A stretch of 64,000 nt of DNA, from contig JAKIWG010000005.1 in assembly GCA_022750155.1 (NCBI GenBank), positions 34,465 through 98,464 of the forward strand, written 5' to 3'. Positions 61,621-64,000 of this stretch are shown here, one piece after another. The notes under the pieces were generated by a model that saw nothing but the letters and a program-made list of their open reading frames with translations, did not search any database and was not told where the DNA came from. The DNA comes from Thermoplasmata archaeon. GTDB lineage: Archaea; Thermoplasmatota; Thermoplasmata; Lutacidiplasmatales; UBA184. Each line of letters opens with the position of its first letter. Position 1 is the stretch's first letter. A program made the translations under genes and the position numbers.

Positions 61621-64000
61621 GCTCGGGGCCGAGCGCCCGCACTCCGAGCCCCGGGGACCCGAGGCCGGTACTTTCGTCTCGACCGCGTCTTCTCTCCTCG
61701 GCCGGCGTGTTCGCCTTCGTGGTGATCGGCCTATTCCTCGTTCAGGGACTGGCCGCCCAGGGGTCCCCCCGACCGACCGTGGTCCCCATATCGCCCGCAG
61801 GGCCATCGGCCCATCCCGCGCCCGCGGTGCGCTCCCTGTCGAGCGTCTCCCTCGACGTCAAGTCGGTACCGAGCTGGCCCAACTACGGTACCCCCACTCC
61901 CACGAACTGGAACATCAGCCCCACTCTGGGCGTGCATTCGGTCGCCGTCAGCCAGTCCGTGACCCTATGGGCCAACTTCACCCCGCCCTCGTGCAGCTCG
62001 TCGTCGTACTGCTATTACGAGAACCTCACCTTCCTCTCTTGGACGGGCAGCGGTCTGGGCAGCGTCAACTCGAACCAGACGACGATCACGGTGAAGATGG
62101 CCGCGAACATCACCGAGACCGCGAATTTCCTCGCGGACGGCCAATGCTCCGGCTACGCACCGATCATCTGCGTGAACCTCACTGGCTACGGGCTGACCTT
62201 CGCGCAGAAGGGGCTCCCTTCGGGGGTCACGTGGGAGGTCACCCTCGACGGGCGGGTCACCGGGACGAGTTCCGGATCCACGATGGGGTTCAGCGTGAGC
62301 GACGCTCCGGTGACGTACACGGTCTGGTCGGTGCCTTCGAAGGGAGGCAAGCTCTGGGTGCCGACCGAGGACGCGAGCTCCCCCGTCCAAGTCCCCGCCA
62401 CGAGCCAGGTGGATGTCTCGTTCACGCTCGAGAGTCCGGCACTCGCCACGTTCGACCTGAACGTATCGGAGGCCGGCCTGCCGAACGGCAGCCGGTGGTC
62501 GGTAAACGTCGGAGGGGTCGGATACTCCGTCGGTCCGACCGGGGCGGACATCCCGGTGGCCGGGGGCGGCAACCTCCCCCTGAACGGATCGTTCGTATAC
62601 ACGAACTCCGGGAGCGGCTACTATGCGACGAACGTTTCGTACCTCCGTTACGTGGTCAACAGCACGGGGATCAAGACTCAGGTCGTCCCCGCGAGCGTCC
62701 CCGTCAACGGTTCGCTCGCCCTCACCGTCCACTACCTCCCGATGTATCGGCTGACCACGTCGGGGAACGCCGGTGGGTCCGTGAGCCCGTCGAGCCATTG
62801 GGTGATGGCCGGCGGCCTGGTCAACCTCACGGCGGTGCCGGCGCCGGGCCACTACTTCCTCACGTGGTCCGGCTCCGGCACGGGGGCGACCGCGGGACCG
62901 CAGGATCTGCTCGCGTCGACCTCGATCCGGTTGGGGGGCCCGGTCACGGAGGTGGCGGAGTTCCTCGCGATCCCGGCGCGCACGTGGAACGTGACGGTCG
63001 TGGCAGGGAACCTTCCGAACGGGACCGCCTTCGGCGTGACGTTCGGGGGGAACAGCTACGACGGGTTCGATTCCATCGTGATCCCCCGCGTGAGCAGCGG
63101 GAGCTACTCGGTCAGCTGCCCTGACCTTTACCTGAACGCATCGGAGAGCACCCGGTTCACTGTCTCGCACGTCAGCTCCAGCTTCCCGAGCGGCGTGGGG
63201 GGATTCTCGGTCCTATCGAACGGGACGATCTGGGTGAACTACTCGACGGAGTACACGCTCACGGTCAGCGCGACCCCGAATGGGGTCACCAGCCCGTCGG
63301 CCGGCGTCACGTGGGAGCCGGCGGGGTCGGTCGTCCCCCTGACCGCCTCGGCGTCGTTCCATTACCGATTCGTTGCCTGGAACGGTTCGGGAGCGGGGGC
63401 GTTCGTCGGAACGGTTCCCACCGGCTCGGCGACGATGAACGGGCCGGTGACGGAGTCGGCCCAGTTCGTCTGGCGGGTCTTCCCCGTGCCGGCCGCCTTC
63501 TGGCTCCAGGTCTCCGAGTTGGGTCTGCCTACCGGAACGCCCTGGGAGGTCACGGCCGGTACGACGGGGGCTTCGGCCTCCGGTTCGGTCCTCACGCTCA
63601 ACGGGCTCAACGGTTCCTACGTCCTCACCGTGCCCCCCTCGTACATCGCCGCGGGGACGCGATACCTCCCCACCGGCGGAGGCACGATTTCCGTGAACGT
63701 CAGCGCGAACGCTTCGATCTCGATCAACTTCACCCAGGAGTTCCTCCTGACGGTCCTCGTCGCCCAGGGCGGAACGACCTCGGCGGTGACGAGTTGGGAA
63801 CCGGCCGGGACCCAGCTCCAACTGGTCGCCACGCCGCAGAGCGGCTGGCACTTCGAATCGTGGAACGGATCCGGGACCGGAAGTTACACCGGGACCCAAT
63901 CGACCACCTCGATCACCGTGACCGGCCCGATGACCGAATCCGTGTCGTTCGCGCCGGTGTACGCCGCGCCGCAGTCGAGCGCGTCGAACTCGGGGGCCCC
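61617..64000 (+). CDS. Second giant surface glycoprotein of the same module type (partial; runs off the window end)
   Basis: ATG 61617 overlaps the TGA of the previous gene (ATGA). I translated this frame by eye to position 64000 without meeting a stop. The N-terminal anchor is 'AGVFAFVVIGLFLVQGLAA'. Modules include 'KGLPSGVTWEVTLDG', 'AGLPNGSRWSVNVGG', 'GNLPNGTAFGVTFGG' and 'LGLPTGTPWEVTAG'. They alternate with 'FLSWTGSGLGS...ITETANF', 'FLTWSGSGTGA...VTEVAEF', 'FVAWNGSGAGA...VTESAQF' and 'FESWNGSGTGSYTG...MTESVSF'. Confidence 0.75.
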   Translation, partial: MSSGPSARTPSPGDPRPVLSSRPRLLSSAGVFAFVVIGLFLVQGLAAQGSPRPTVVPISPAGPSAHPAPAVRSLSSVSLDVKSVPSWPNYGTPTPTNWNISPTLGVHSVAVSQSVTLWANFTPPSCSSSSYCYYENLTFLSWTGSGLGSVNSNQTTITVKMAANITETANFLADGQCSGYAPIICVNLTGYGLTFAQKGLPSGVTWEVTLDGRVTGTSSGSTMGFSVSDAPVTYTVWSVPSKGGKLWVPTEDASSPVQVPATSQVDVSFTLESPALATFDLNVSEAGLPNGSRWSVNVGGVGYSVGPTGADIPVAGGGNLPLNGSFVYTNSGSGYYATNVSYLRYVVNSTGIKTQVVPASVPVNGSLALTVHYLPMYRLTTSGNAGGSVSPSSHWVMAGGLVNLTAVPAPGHYFLTWSGSGTGATAGPQDLLASTSIRLGGPVTEVAEFLAIPARTWNVTVVAGNLPNGTAFGVTFGGNSYDGFDSIVIPRVSSGSYSVSCPDLYLNASESTRFTVSHVSSSFPSGVGGFSVLSNGTIWVNYSTEYTLTVSATPNGVTSPSAGVTWEPAGSVVPLTASASFHYRFVAWNGSGAGAFVGTVPTGSATMNGPVTESAQFVWRVFPVPAAFWLQVSELGLPTGTPWEVTAGTTGASASGSVLTLNGLNGSYVLTVPPSYIAAGTRYLPTGGGTISVNVSANASISINFTQEFLLTVLVAQGGTTSAVTSWEPAGTQLQLVATPQSGWHFESWNGSGTGSYTGTQSTTSITVTGPMTESVSFAPVYAAPQSSASNSGA

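Overview
This is a very GC-rich, densely coding window with about 40 CDS. I saw no rRNA, tRNA, CRISPR array, transposase or integrase.

It looks archaeal, probably Thermoplasmatota-like. AT-rich TATA-like boxes sit about 22-30 nt upstream of start codons, with no room for a Shine-Dalgarno leader, and GTG starts are frequent. There is a RIO kinase and a glutamic (G1) peptidase. The surface proteins are saturated with N-x-S/T sequons, are built from 'GLPxGxxW' and B-repeat-like modules, and are held by single C-terminal TM anchors.

- **1-33 kb: cell-surface glycan/glycoprotein island.** It holds a PLC/AcpA-type phosphoesterase and four paralogous cytoplasmic sulfatase-fold enzymes. It also has two divergent NPP-type phosphodiesterases, a surface-anchored clan GH-A-like hydrolase and a GT-B glycosyltransferase. 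Four very large polytopic GT-C-like membrane proteins, a Wzx/MOP flippase and two sequon-rich surface proteins (one 1412 aa) complete it.
- **33-57 kb: mixed housekeeping and envelope genes.** These include a copper-related membrane protein and a cupredoxin, the RIO kinase, the G1 peptidase, and an ArsR-like regulator with a small membrane partner. Also here are a SAM methyltransferase, two beta-propeller surface proteins, kbl-tdh, a second phosphoesterase and several hypotheticals.
- **57-64 kb: two translationally coupled giant surface proteins.** The first is a BNR/sialidase-like head on a module array. The second is truncated by the window end.

The most interesting feature is the alternating arrangement of the sulfatase-fold enzymes with the GT-C-like membrane proteins. 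These enzymes carry W-T-x-P-[SA]-H in place of the formylglycine C/S-x-P-x-R motif and end in an invariant RSWGY tail. The cassettes lie next to the flippase and the glycoprotein genes.

All functions are inferred by eye from motifs. No database search was possible.
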